In this document: piece after piece, positions 39,871 through 49,502 of the stretch
How positions within the stretch are numbered: the stretch's first letter is position 1
How the letters are laid out: each line of letters opens with the position of its first letter
Assembly (NCBI GenBank): GCA_965215015.1
Contig: OZ244042.1
Location: 3,552,001-3,616,000, forward strand
Source of the DNA: Candidatus Poribacteria bacterium
GTDB taxonomy: Bacteria > Poribacteria > WGA-4E > PCPOR2b
Direction: 5' to 3'
Length of the DNA stretch: 64,000 bases
The notes under the pieces: generated by a model
What the model was told of the DNA's origin: nothing
Seen by the model: only the letters and a program-made list of their open reading frames with translations
Database searches by the model: none
Made by a program: the position numbers and the translations under genes

Positions 39871-40491
39871 ATGATCTACGAAATACGAACCTACAACCTG
39901 AAAGTGGGTCAACTTCAGGAATACTGGGAACGCTTCGACGAAAAACTGCCGGCGCGTCAAGAATTATCGAAACTCGGTGGACATTGGTACACTGAAGCGG
40001 GACCGTTGAATCAGATGGTCGCTATTTGGCCTTATGAAAGCCTTGAACAGCGAGCTGAAATCCGACGTGCTGCGGAAGCGGGACCGAATCCGATATGGCC
40101 CCCCGATACAAGCGATCTTATCGTGTCAATGGTATCTGAAATTTTTCTGCCAGCCCCATTTATGACACCCTTAAGCGAAAGAGACATTGGGCCCATATAT
40201 GAGATGCGTATATACACCTATCCTGCGGAGGGGATGCCGCAAGTACTGGAGGCGTGGGGGGCGAGTGTTGCCGAGCGCGAAAAGTTCTCACCGATGGCGG
40301 GCTGCTGGTACTCAGAATTTGGTGGGCTCAACAACTTTATCCATCTATGGGCATATAAGAGTTTTGATGAGCGTCTACGGATACGGGCGGAGACACGGGA
40401 GCAGGGAGTTTGGCCCCCCAAGGGCTCTGTTAGGCCGATTACACAGGAGAGCAAGATCCTGCTTCCCGCCCCTTTTTCGCCGATGCAGTAG
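39871..40491 (+). CDS. NIPSNAP family protein (two domains)
   Basis: IYEIRTY and IYEMRIY repeats, G.LN...HLWAY.S..ER. Confidence 0.92.
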   Translation: MIYEIRTYNLKVGQLQEYWERFDEKLPARQELSKLGGHWYTEAGPLNQMVAIWPYESLEQRAEIRRAAEAGPNPIWPPDTSDLIVSMVSEIFLPAPFMTPLSERDIGPIYEMRIYTYPAEGMPQVLEAWGASVAEREKFSPMAGCWYSEFGGLNNFIHLWAYKSFDERLRIRAETREQGVWPPKGSVRPITQESKILLPAPFSPMQ

Positions 40492-40528
40492 ACAACTCTG
40501 AACTACGGATTGAAAACAAGGCACAAGG

Positions 40529-40564
40529 AGAACCCGAGTTTTTTTTCGGCAAAACTCGGGTTCT
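40529..40564. terminator. Hairpin between convergent genes (possible bidirectional terminator)
   Basis: agaacccgagtttt-N8-aaaactcgggttct perfect 14-bp stem. Confidence 0.6.
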
Positions 40565-40577
40565 GTTACACGATTTC

Positions 40578-41039
40578 TTAACATGAGCGACAGACTTTTG
40601 CTACCATAAACCCGATGATTTCATCGCTACTAAAGTTTCCACCTTTGAACTTATCGGGAACCTTGATTTGGAATGCGCCCTTCTTTTTTCGCCGGTATCC
40701 ACAAGTAGGCGCGAAAATACCCCCTTTTCTGATGATACCTTTGAGTCGTGCCCGTTCGGCGTCCCACCGGGCTTCCCGTGCTTGCCGTTCCATGCGATCT
40801 GCCTCCAGTTCCAGTATGCGCCGGTACAGAAACTGATTCTCCTGCTTGAGCAATTCCGTGTCAAGGGTCGGATCAGCTGTGAAAGAGGGTGTGATTTTCT
40901 GTGAGTTTTCAGTGTGAGTAGGTGCACCGTTGTGTGATGGTTCTCCCCGATGTGCTATCAGATCTACCAGCCGAAGCCGCGTCCGATTCTCTATCTTTTC
41001 GGTCCCAATCTGATACCGCTGTATCTGGTCATAGGCCAC
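40578..41039 (-). CDS. Hypothetical protein with short coiled coil (possibly a remnant)
   Basis: ELLKQENQFLYRRILELEADR...ERARL coiled coil; no family recognised. Confidence 0.4.
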   Translation of the reverse strand: MAYDQIQRYQIGTEKIENRTRLRLVDLIAHRGEPSHNGAPTHTENSQKITPSFTADPTLDTELLKQENQFLYRRILELEADRMERQAREARWDAERARLKGIIRKGGIFAPTCGYRRKKKGAFQIKVPDKFKGGNFSSDEIIGFMVAKVCRSC

Positions 41040-41060
41040 TTTCGTGATTCGGATTTGCTT

Positions 41061-41321
41061 TTAGCGTTTAGGAGCAGCAGACCCCCTAATATGCCGGGAT
41101 CGCCGCGCAAATTTGCTAACAGCATCAATAGCACCGAACAACGCGAGCACGACTAGCACAAAAGTGCCAAAGTCAACTATATCCGATTTATCCTGTAGGA
41201 TATTTCCGGTCAGTATACCGGCACAATAAATCACCCCAGTAGAAAGCGAAGGTCGATTCCTAGTAAAAAAAGTCAATGTAAATAGAAAAATGATGATGAA
41301 AAGGGAAATAAAAAAAGGCAA
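41061..41321 (-). CDS. Small membrane protein (~3 TM)
   Basis: Hydrophobic 86-aa ORF, TTG start after GGGGAG. Confidence 0.5.
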   Translation of the reverse strand: MPFFISLFIIIFLFTLTFFTRNRPSLSTGVIYCAGILTGNILQDKSDIVDFGTFVLVVLALFGAIDAVSKFARRSRHIRGSAAPKR

Positions 41322-41343
41322 AATGTCTCCCCTTTTTTTTGTT

Positions 41344-41533
41344 CTAGTTGTTTAGATACGAAGAACAAGGTCCACATTCGCAGCCATACGTCCCAGAGGA
41401 ACTACAATTACATTCACAAGAGGTTACATTCTGCGTATGAAGTCTTGAACAATCATCAGAATAACCATCGTTTTCCTACTAGTAAGAGAATAACAGCCAA
41501 AGTCACCACTATCCTAAACCGTCGGATATTCAT
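41344..41533 (-). pseudogene. Frameshifted small secreted cysteine-rich peptide gene
   Basis: AAGGAGG RBS, signal peptide MNIRRFRIVVTLAVILLLVG; a shifted frame continues NDGYSDDCSRLHTQNVTSCECNCSSSGTYGCECGPCSSYLNN*. Confidence 0.5.
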
Positions 41534-41568
41534 CCTTACCTCCTTTTAGAATAAGAAATACTTACCAA

Positions 41569-41787
41569 TCATATGCTATCGTAAACGATTTGCTGTTTTT
41601 TGTCAACACTGATGTATGCTGCCAAAAGTCCATCGTCGAGGGTAGGACCATCGAGCCATTGCTCAATCTCCTTTGACCAGTAGCAATAATTCCGCAAAGT
41701 GTTTTCACTTACTCCACTGGTGATTAGGACTTTGGTATCGTCTGAGATAGCCAACCTCCGTTGATTCTTTTCTGCCAACCCATTCAT
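41569..41787 (-). pseudogene. Truncated tyrosine-recombinase N-terminal fragment
   Basis: VSENTLRNY...EQWLDGPTLDDGLLAAYI matches VSDNTLKAY...EDWLDGRTLDDAVLAEYI of the integrase at 55392-56318. Confidence 0.8.
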
Positions 41788-41985
41788 TGTGAACCTCCAA
41801 TAGTGTCCATTAATAGGTATATTTGATATGAAACGAAAAATCAAGCCGTTTTTGAACGCGAACCATGTAGGAGTATCGGCTTCACAGGTGATGAGGGGTT
41901 ACACAATCTGTTTAATTAGCGAGATGCTTTTGACTTGTCCTTCCAAAGGAATTCTGCTATTCTCTATTAAGAGGAGGCTAGATCT

Positions 41986-42951
41986 ATGAAAGTTTTACTG
42001 AGACAACGCGACCTTTCGGACGAATATATCCAGTTTGCTGCACAGATTGGGGCTGACGGGTTTGATATCCATAATGCCGAAAGCATCCCTGGATTGGTAG
42101 AACAGGGTTATCCAGATTTAGAACAACTGACAAAGTTAAAAGAGAAAGTCAACGCCGCTGGACTTAACATCTACCGTGTCGCACCCGCTGAACCCCAGAA
42201 ATTTCTGACGGGCAAACCGGGCGGCGAGGAGGAACTCGACAATCTGTGCAAGTCGCTTGAAATCTTTGGTGGCGCCGGAATTCCCTTTATGTCGATGCCC
42301 GTGCATCTAGCACAAACCCCGGAACATCGAGATGCAAATCCGGGATACCGAGGTGGATATACCAAACCCCTCCGGGGCGATTATACGTTCGGTGGATTTG
42401 ATGTCGAGTTGATGAAGCAAAGCATCGCGGAGAAACCGCTTGAACCTTTCTCTGTTGAAAAGCATTGGGAACGGTGTGTGCAGATGTATCAACGGCTCGT
42501 TCCACTTGCTGAGAAATTCGATGTAAAACTCATTATCCACCCATCGGATCCGCCGCTGCCGGAGACCGAATTCTCACCGAAACGCTGGGCTGCCATCCTC
42601 AACGCGGTGCCAAGTGATCACAGCGGCCTGCTCTACTGCATCGGCACCTGCTATGAGTCAGGTGTAGACATCTTCGAGAATATCCGCCATTTTGGGAAGA
42701 AAGGAAAAATCTTCCACACCCATTTCCGCAATGTGCAGGGAACGATCTCGACGGGCGGATATATGGAGGTTGCCCTCGACGATGGCGACATGAATATGTT
42801 CAAAATCCTTCAGACCCTAAAAGAGATTGGGTTTGATGGCGGCTTACAGATCGATCATCTACCGAACTACATTGGCGATGTGGAGCAACGAGCAGCTTCA
42901 GCCTATGCAGTGGCTTATGTGAAAGCGTTATTAAGAGCACTTGAAGCTTAA
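41986..42951 (+). CDS. Mannonate dehydratase (UxuA)-like protein
   Basis: LIIHPSDPP, FHTHFRNVQG, DDGDMNM, IDHLP, AYAVAYVKAL. Confidence 0.82.
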   Translation: MKVLLRQRDLSDEYIQFAAQIGADGFDIHNAESIPGLVEQGYPDLEQLTKLKEKVNAAGLNIYRVAPAEPQKFLTGKPGGEEELDNLCKSLEIFGGAGIPFMSMPVHLAQTPEHRDANPGYRGGYTKPLRGDYTFGGFDVELMKQSIAEKPLEPFSVEKHWERCVQMYQRLVPLAEKFDVKLIIHPSDPPLPETEFSPKRWAAILNAVPSDHSGLLYCIGTCYESGVDIFENIRHFGKKGKIFHTHFRNVQGTISTGGYMEVALDDGDMNMFKILQTLKEIGFDGGLQIDHLPNYIGDVEQRAASAYAVAYVKALLRALEA

Positions 42952-43034
42952 CTGTAGAGCATCAACTCCCATTTTATCGATGGCGTCCCTACCAACGGAT
43001 GTTATAATATGATCTTTACCTATAGGAGTATGCA

Positions 43035-44042
43035 ATGAATCGACCCCCAGAAACTTTTGTGAGTGTGCAGGAGGACCGCCTCCTCACTTTTAGTACCGCC
43101 TGTTTTGAGAAGGCGGGCCTGTCGCATGACCACGCAGTACTGATCAGCCGCTTACTCGTCAACTCAGACCTTCGCGGGGTACGGAGTCACGGTACGCGAA
43201 CGGTCAATGGCTACTGTAGCGGCTTTGAAAACGGAGATATGAATCCTCAACCCCATATCCGCCTAATTCACGAAACCCCGACAGCTGTTGTTCTGGATGG
43301 CGATGGAACGCTCGGCTACCTTCCAATGGTCAGGGCAACTGAGGGAGCAATCGCCAAAGCGAAGGAGGTCGGGTTGGGCATGGGGCTCGTACGGCACATC
43401 GGACACTACGGCTCGGCAGGACACTACGCGCGGATGTGTGTGGATGCGGGTTGTGTCGGCTTCTCTGTTCAAGGCTATCAGGGCCTAGGCAATGCGAGTA
43501 GCAGCGATCCCAAGCCACAACTCGGTTACTTCGGCAACCCTCCCATCTGCTTCGCGATTCCTGGCGGGGATGAACCATCTGTGGTGCTCGACGCGGCGAC
43601 CAGTATCATGGCGGACTATCAGCGTGGGGAGGGGTTTGATGCACTTCTTTCCCTCATCCCGGCTGCTTTTTTTAAAAGTGTGGGTTATACTGCGGTCGCA
43701 GGCCTCTTGGGTGGTGGATTGACAGGATATACTCTTCCTGACGATGAGGGGATTGGCGAACGTTGGCCCGGCGGGGCACGGTTGGGGGGTATGGTTCTCG
43801 CTATCCATGTGGACGCTGTTGTGCCCGAAGCTGTTTTTCGTGCCGAAACCGATCGGATGGTGCGAGACGTGCGGGAGACATACGAACCGATGCCCGGCTA
43901 CGATCGGGCGTTGCTGCCCGGCGGAATTGAAGAAGAGCGGTTTGAGATACACCGCCGTAATGGCATCCGTTACGGTGAGATGGAGCAGGAATCAGCCCGT
44001 GAAGTCAGTAACCGTCTCGGCGTTCCGCTGCCGTGGGATTGA
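43035..44042 (+). CDS. Ldh_2 (type 2 malate/L-lactate dehydrogenase) family oxidoreductase
   Basis: SDLRGVRSHG, LDGDGTLG, HYGSAGHYA, GNPPICFAIP, VLDAATS. Confidence 0.9.
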   Translation: MNRPPETFVSVQEDRLLTFSTACFEKAGLSHDHAVLISRLLVNSDLRGVRSHGTRTVNGYCSGFENGDMNPQPHIRLIHETPTAVVLDGDGTLGYLPMVRATEGAIAKAKEVGLGMGLVRHIGHYGSAGHYARMCVDAGCVGFSVQGYQGLGNASSSDPKPQLGYFGNPPICFAIPGGDEPSVVLDAATSIMADYQRGEGFDALLSLIPAAFFKSVGYTAVAGLLGGGLTGYTLPDDEGIGERWPGGARLGGMVLAIHVDAVVPEAVFRAETDRMVRDVRETYEPMPGYDRALLPGGIEEERFEIHRRNGIRYGEMEQESAREVSNRLGVPLPWD

Positions 44043-44145
44043 TCTCGAGGAGTAAACTAACAGGACAGGCGAGCGAGCAGATGCCGTTCTCCTGTCTTTG
44101 CGTTGTCACTATTGGCGTTAAGTCATTTTGTCAGGAGAAGAACCT

Positions 44146-45099
44146 ATGGAACCACTTCGTATTGGATTTATTGGTGCCGGTGGCTTTGCCAGACACACTA
44201 TCTATCCGGCGTTACACCTTGCCCCCGTTGCACTACAAGCGGTCTGTGATGTGGATGAAGCAAAAGCGAAAGATGCCGCGGGAAAATTTGGCACGGGGCG
44301 TTGGTACACAGACCGACATAAAATGTGGGAACAGGAAGACCTTGAGGCACTCGTCATCTGTATGAGGCCAGACCCACGTCAACCCCTCGTTCGTGAAGCC
44401 TTGGAAGCCGGCTATCACGTCTTTGTTCCCAAGCCGCCTGCCCCATCTTTGGCGGATGCCACTGAACTCGCGGAGACCGCTGACCAGACTGGCAAGACGT
44501 TGATGATCAACTTTCAGCGGCGGTTTAGCTTGGGTGTCAGTCGTGCTAAAGAGATTATGGCGCGGGAGTCCTTTGGCCAATTGACGCAACTTTTCTGCTC
44601 CTTCTGTAGCGGCACCTATCAGACAGTACAATGGTATCTTTTGGATTTCGCTATTCATCATTTTGATCTCGCACAGTACATCGCTGGGCCGGCAAAAGAG
44701 ATTGCTGTTTTCCACAACGAGGTAGGTGGGCAAGGATCTTTCGCAGTCGCAGTAGAATTTGAGAACGGCGCGGTTGGAAACCTCCAACTGAATAGCCAGC
44801 GGCTCTGGAGGCGTAACTATGATCGGATTGAAATCACGGGACAGGGTGAGTACATTGTCCTTGATGGACTATGGGAGATTGCTCATTACGCTGAATCCCA
44901 GAACATTTTTACGGATAACTTCAGTGACCAACGCAATGGCGAATTGACCGGCGATGGTCATAGCTTAACGGAGTTTGTCAATGCTATCCGTGAAAATCGT
45001 GAGCCGATAGCGAGTATCAACGATTGTTTGAAGTCGATGCGGTTGTACGAAGCGGTTTTAGAAAGGCGAAAGGGAATTATCACGCTGAACGATTGGTAG
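44146..45099 (+). CDS. Gfo/Idh/MocA oxidoreductase
   Basis: IGFIGAGGFA, HVFVPKP, DFAIHHFD; ATG 44146 after AGGAG. Confidence 0.88.
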   Translation: MEPLRIGFIGAGGFARHTIYPALHLAPVALQAVCDVDEAKAKDAAGKFGTGRWYTDRHKMWEQEDLEALVICMRPDPRQPLVREALEAGYHVFVPKPPAPSLADATELAETADQTGKTLMINFQRRFSLGVSRAKEIMARESFGQLTQLFCSFCSGTYQTVQWYLLDFAIHHFDLAQYIAGPAKEIAVFHNEVGGQGSFAVAVEFENGAVGNLQLNSQRLWRRNYDRIEITGQGEYIVLDGLWEIAHYAESQNIFTDNFSDQRNGELTGDGHSLTEFVNAIRENREPIASINDCLKSMRLYEAVLERRKGIITLNDW

Positions 45100-45204
45100 G
45101 GGTTCGCTAGGCAAACAGGTTTACATGCGCTTACCCCAATCGTTCAGCGTCAAAAGGAGAGGTTCTATATGGCGGTCACGATTCGAGAATAGTGAGGTAA
45201 TGTA

Positions 45205-46290
45205 ATGAACCATACAATTCTCTACAAACGAGAAGGGTTTTACGCTGGTTTTCCTGTCCTAACTCATCTCCCCGACGGGCGATTGACGGTAGGAATTCCG
45301 GTATCGCCGTTCCATGACCACTACGCGATTGGTGATTGGGTGGTGCTGCTGTCGGAGGACGAGGGGGAAACGTGGCAGCAGGCCGATGATCCGACACTTC
45401 CCCACAACTGGCCCGGGACATCGCCGCGTGAGAAATATGACAGATTTGCCGCCGTGATGCCAGATGGCACATATCTCTGTGCTGGTTCAGTAGGTTGGCA
45501 GGTTTATTCAGCGAAACAACGGTCAGACGTAGAAGCACAGGGGCTAGTTGTACGCCCACACCCAAACGATAAGCGAGCAATCTTGGTAGGTGGAAAAAAG
45601 CTGTTCGTCCAACGCTCGACTGACAAAGGGCAGACATGGCAACGGCAGGAGTGGACTGTGCCCGGTGTTGACCATTTCACAGCGTTTCCACGTTCAGCGT
45701 GGCTGGAGGACGGTACAATCCTTGTCCCTGTCTACGGCTCCGACCCCGATGCCCAGTGGCGTACCTACATCTGGCTGTCAATGGATGGAGGAGGGACGTG
45801 GCGTTGGTTGACGATGGGCTCTTATGTAACGGGGGTTGACGGTAACGAAACGACACTTCTGGAAGTTTCCCCCGGTTGTGTCCTCGCCCATACGCGGACG
45901 GAGGGCAGCTACTTATTGGAGACGTGGTCCGATGACGGTGGACGAACGTGGTCGCAACCGTTACGGACGCCCATCTGGGGGTATCCGCCACACCTGTTGA
46001 AACTCCGAGATGGACGGATACTGTGTTCGTTTGGATATCGCCGTGAACCGATGGGTGTGCGTGCGGTCCTGAGTCATGATGGCGGGGTTACGTGGGATAT
46101 GGACAACGTTATTATTCTGCGAGACGATGGTGGGACACCTAGCGAATTCCGATCTGATACGGAGCGTGGGGGTGCTGATGTTGGCTATCCAATCTCCACC
46201 CAGCTGTCCGATGGGAGCATTTTGACAGCTTATTATATCACGTTGGCGGATGGCGTAACACACTCTGTGGCGACGCGCTGGGAGGTTTAA
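45205..46290 (+). CDS. BNR/Asp-box repeat sialidase-like protein
   Basis: Five Asp boxes: SEDEGETW, STDKGQTW, SMDGGGTW, SDDGGRTW, SHDGGVTW; D.GYP. Confidence 0.88.
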   Translation: MNHTILYKREGFYAGFPVLTHLPDGRLTVGIPVSPFHDHYAIGDWVVLLSEDEGETWQQADDPTLPHNWPGTSPREKYDRFAAVMPDGTYLCAGSVGWQVYSAKQRSDVEAQGLVVRPHPNDKRAILVGGKKLFVQRSTDKGQTWQRQEWTVPGVDHFTAFPRSAWLEDGTILVPVYGSDPDAQWRTYIWLSMDGGGTWRWLTMGSYVTGVDGNETTLLEVSPGCVLAHTRTEGSYLLETWSDDGGRTWSQPLRTPIWGYPPHLLKLRDGRILCSFGYRREPMGVRAVLSHDGGVTWDMDNVIILRDDGGTPSEFRSDTERGGADVGYPISTQLSDGSILTAYYITLADGVTHSVATRWEV

Positions 46291-46682
46291 TATATGAAAA
46301 CGCGAAAACGGGATAACTCAGGGGTATAATGTTTCGCCCTATTTTCCTGATATTCGTCCTTGTGTGAACCTATGTTATCATTTTATAAGGAAAGTGCACT
46401 CACGGAAAGGCAGCGCAAACGCAAACCCGGACGCCTCCGCCATTTGGTCTATTCCAAACTCTTCAACTTGAAAGTAATCCCCAAAATGTGAGGACAGATC
46501 GACGCCGCAGCTGAACGATATAATATGAGTGGCACCGAACTCGTTCCCACCTATAGTATCGAAATTGGGTCGCCCCAACTCAAAGGGCGTATGAAAAAGT
46601 GAGAACGGCGAGGGACATTAGAGCAGACTTGTAAGCTCCGATTAGAGTATAGGGACAACAAAACCGGAACCTGATTTAACGG

Positions 46683-47645
46683 ATGGAGACACTCGCGATG
46701 CTAATTCAAGAACAGCTACCTTGGACTCACATGGACGATGAGAATCTGAGCATATTCAAAGCCATTGGCGTGGACTATGTTACGATTAACCCACCACCGT
46801 CGGAACTCAAAGATGGGGTAGATCGTGCCGATTTCTGGAAGGAAATGAGTCGGCGCGTTGATTCCCACGGAATGAAATTGGATAACGTGGGCATGAACTG
46901 TTGGGATGAGATTTCACTTGCCTTGCCAAACCGGGACCAAAAGATTGATGCGTGGTGCACAATGATTCGGAACCTCGGTGCCGCAGGAATCCGTACCTTG
47001 GGTTACAACTTCAAACCCATCGGAAATTTTCGTACCGCCTCGACAGTTGGACGCGGCGGTGCCCGCTATAGTACCTTCGATTATGATGAGTTCATGCAGG
47101 ATCCGGCGGACGTTCCCGAAAAATATATCTCCGAAGAGCAACTGCTGGAGAATTTGTGCTATTTCCTTACCCGTATCGTTCCAGTGGCGGAGGAAGCGGG
47201 GGTTAAACTCGCCATGCATCCGGATGATCCACCCATCCCGGAACCGCTGGGCGGCGCAGCTCGAATCCTCTCGACCCTCAATCATTTCGAGCGCACGTTC
47301 AACACAGTTCCTAGCGAGATGAACGCCATGCTGTTTTGTCAGGGATGTGTTCGTGAAATGGGGGAAGACGTGCCTTCTGCGATTCGACGCATCGGTTCGC
47401 AGAACAAAATCGCTTACGTCCACTTTCGCAACATTCGAGGCACCCCCAAGAGTTTCCAAGAGGTGTTTGTGGATGAGGGAGATGTGGATATGTATGAGGC
47501 GATGCAGACCTATCGGGAGGTAGGCTTTGAAGGGCCCTTCATGATGGACCACACGCCCAGTTTTCCGCAAGAGAACACGCAATGGGCGGGCAGAGCTTTC
47601 GCTGTCGGTTACATCCGATCGATGATTCAAGCGGTTTATCGTTAA
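46683..47645 (+). CDS. Mannonate dehydratase (UxuA) family protein
   Basis: YNF, LAMHPDDPP, FCQG, YVHFRNIRG, F.DEGDVDM, DHTP, AFAVGYI. Confidence 0.88.
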   Translation: METLAMLIQEQLPWTHMDDENLSIFKAIGVDYVTINPPPSELKDGVDRADFWKEMSRRVDSHGMKLDNVGMNCWDEISLALPNRDQKIDAWCTMIRNLGAAGIRTLGYNFKPIGNFRTASTVGRGGARYSTFDYDEFMQDPADVPEKYISEEQLLENLCYFLTRIVPVAEEAGVKLAMHPDDPPIPEPLGGAARILSTLNHFERTFNTVPSEMNAMLFCQGCVREMGEDVPSAIRRIGSQNKIAYVHFRNIRGTPKSFQEVFVDEGDVDMYEAMQTYREVGFEGPFMMDHTPSFPQENTQWAGRAFAVGYIRSMIQAVYR

Positions 47646-47747
47646 AACAGGTATCAATCTTTGGTGCGAGTTGGTGGGGCTGTCGTTTCCACAGCGTTCA
47701 ACAGTTGCAAACTCGCACTATTGGGTATCAGTAAGAGGTAAGTTAAG

Positions 47748-49484
47748 ATGAAAATAGATCCAATAACCCTCGCCGTGATTCGTGGTAGCTTAGAACAAAT
47801 TGCGGACGAGATGGACGCCACCCTTGAACGGATGGCGTTTTCGCCTGTAATCTCCGATGGCTTTGACCGAGCTAGCGGTATCTACGATAAAACCAACGGT
47901 GAGGTCATCATGCAAGGACCGCGTGGGCTGCCAAGTTTCATTTATGTCATGGAATTTACCACCCGCACGGTGATTGAATCAATTGAGAACATCACGCCGG
48001 GCGACATCTACATCGTAAATGACCCCTACTTGGGTGGTACGCATTTGATGGATGTGAAGATGGTCAAGCCTGTTTTCTATAAAGGAAAACTGACCGCCTT
48101 TCTCGCCAATAGCGGACATTGGCCCGACATCGGAGGACGGGTGCCCGGCGGATTCTCAAGCAAAGCCACCGAGATTTATCAAGAAGGGCTTCGCCTCCCA
48201 CCAATACGGATTCTGGACAGGGGCAAACTGAACAGAGAAGTGCTTGACATCATCCTACACAATGTGCGGGTGCCAGATGAACGGCAAGGGGATATTATCG
48301 CACAGGTGACCGCTCTCAATCTTGGTGCTGAACGGTTGATTCGGTTACTTGACCGCTATGGGGTGGAGACGGTCTTTGGTGCTATCGCAGAGTTGAGAGC
48401 GCGTTCCGAACAGTTGATGCGGAGCCATATTGAGACCATTCCGGATGGGACATATACATTTGAAGATCATATCGACAGCGACGGTGTAGAGTGGAAACCG
48501 CTCACCATCCACATGGAGATGGTGGTGAAGGGTAGCGATGTCCATATTGACTTCTCCAAGAGCAGCCCGCCTTGTAAAGGGCCACTTAACAGCGTCCTTA
48601 GCACCACTATCGCTGGGGTCTACATCGGCTTCAAGCACATCTTCCCCGATGTCCCCATCAATGCGGGGTGTTTCGCCCCCTTCTCCTTTGATTTACCTGC
48701 CACAACTTTTATCAACGCCCAACTGCCCCGTCCCGTGTCCGGATGTGCCTCTGAGGTCTGTCAGCGTATCATTGATGTGGTATTGGGTGCACTCAGTCAG
48801 GCGATCCCCGACAAGAGCTACGCCGCACCGATGGGGACGGTGACGAATCTTTCTGTGGGTGGGGAAGATCCGGAGAAGGGATATTATGTATTCTATTCTT
48901 TCATCGGCGGTGGATATGGCGGAAATTATCTGACCGATGGGCTTATCAACGGCAACCCAACCATTGCCCTCGCTCGAACCCAAGCCTTGGAAATTTTTGA
49001 ATCTCGCTACCCTGTTCTCTTTACCCAGTATACCATACGGGAAGAATCGGGGGGGGCGGGTATGCGTCGGGGTGGTCTCGGCGTGATCTTTGAATTTCAG
49101 ATTCGGCGGGGCGAGGCGAGTGCTTCGATGCTTGGAGAGCGGGGACGTTTTGCACCGTTCGGAATCCTCGGCGGTAAATCCGCAAAATCAGCAAAACACA
49201 CCTTCATTCTGCAAGGGGAGGAGTACAACCCACCCCACATCAGCAAAGATGAGGGGATTCCCATGCAGGCAGGTGACATCCTACGACTGGAGACGCCGGG
49301 TGGAGGGGGGTATGGTCTACCCATAGATCGCCCGCCGGAATTGGTCCTACGGGATGTCAAACATGGCTACTACAATCGGAAAACTGCGGAAGAAGAGTAT
49401 GGCGTCCTGATTGAGGGAAAGGATGGAACAGTTGACCCCGAAGGAACGGCACGATTGCGTGCTTCTCTCCGCGCTCAACAATGA
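47748..49484 (+). CDS. Hydantoinase B / 5-oxoprolinase family protein
   Basis: NDPYLGGTHL.D, HWPDIGG.VPG, EIYQEGL, SGGAG..RGG.G, TPGGGGYG. Confidence 0.93.
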   Translation: MKIDPITLAVIRGSLEQIADEMDATLERMAFSPVISDGFDRASGIYDKTNGEVIMQGPRGLPSFIYVMEFTTRTVIESIENITPGDIYIVNDPYLGGTHLMDVKMVKPVFYKGKLTAFLANSGHWPDIGGRVPGGFSSKATEIYQEGLRLPPIRILDRGKLNREVLDIILHNVRVPDERQGDIIAQVTALNLGAERLIRLLDRYGVETVFGAIAELRARSEQLMRSHIETIPDGTYTFEDHIDSDGVEWKPLTIHMEMVVKGSDVHIDFSKSSPPCKGPLNSVLSTTIAGVYIGFKHIFPDVPINAGCFAPFSFDLPATTFINAQLPRPVSGCASEVCQRIIDVVLGALSQAIPDKSYAAPMGTVTNLSVGGEDPEKGYYVFYSFIGGGYGGNYLTDGLINGNPTIALARTQALEIFESRYPVLFTQYTIREESGGAGMRRGGLGVIFEFQIRRGEASASMLGERGRFAPFGILGGKSAKSAKHTFILQGEEYNPPHISKDEGIPMQAGDILRLETPGGGGYGLPIDRPPELVLRDVKHGYYNRKTAEEEYGVLIEGKDGTVDPEGTARLRASLRAQQ

Positions 49485-49502
49485 GAAATGAGATCACTGT
49501 AA

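Noticed and set aside
46378-46578. 66-aa intergenic ORF
   Set aside because: No RBS or recognisable motif; cannot be supported.
46914-47657. Long antisense ORFs (247 aa here, 250 aa at 52474-53226, 200 aa at 55271-55873 and similar)
   Set aside because: They are shadows of well-supported genes on the opposite strand and have no motifs.
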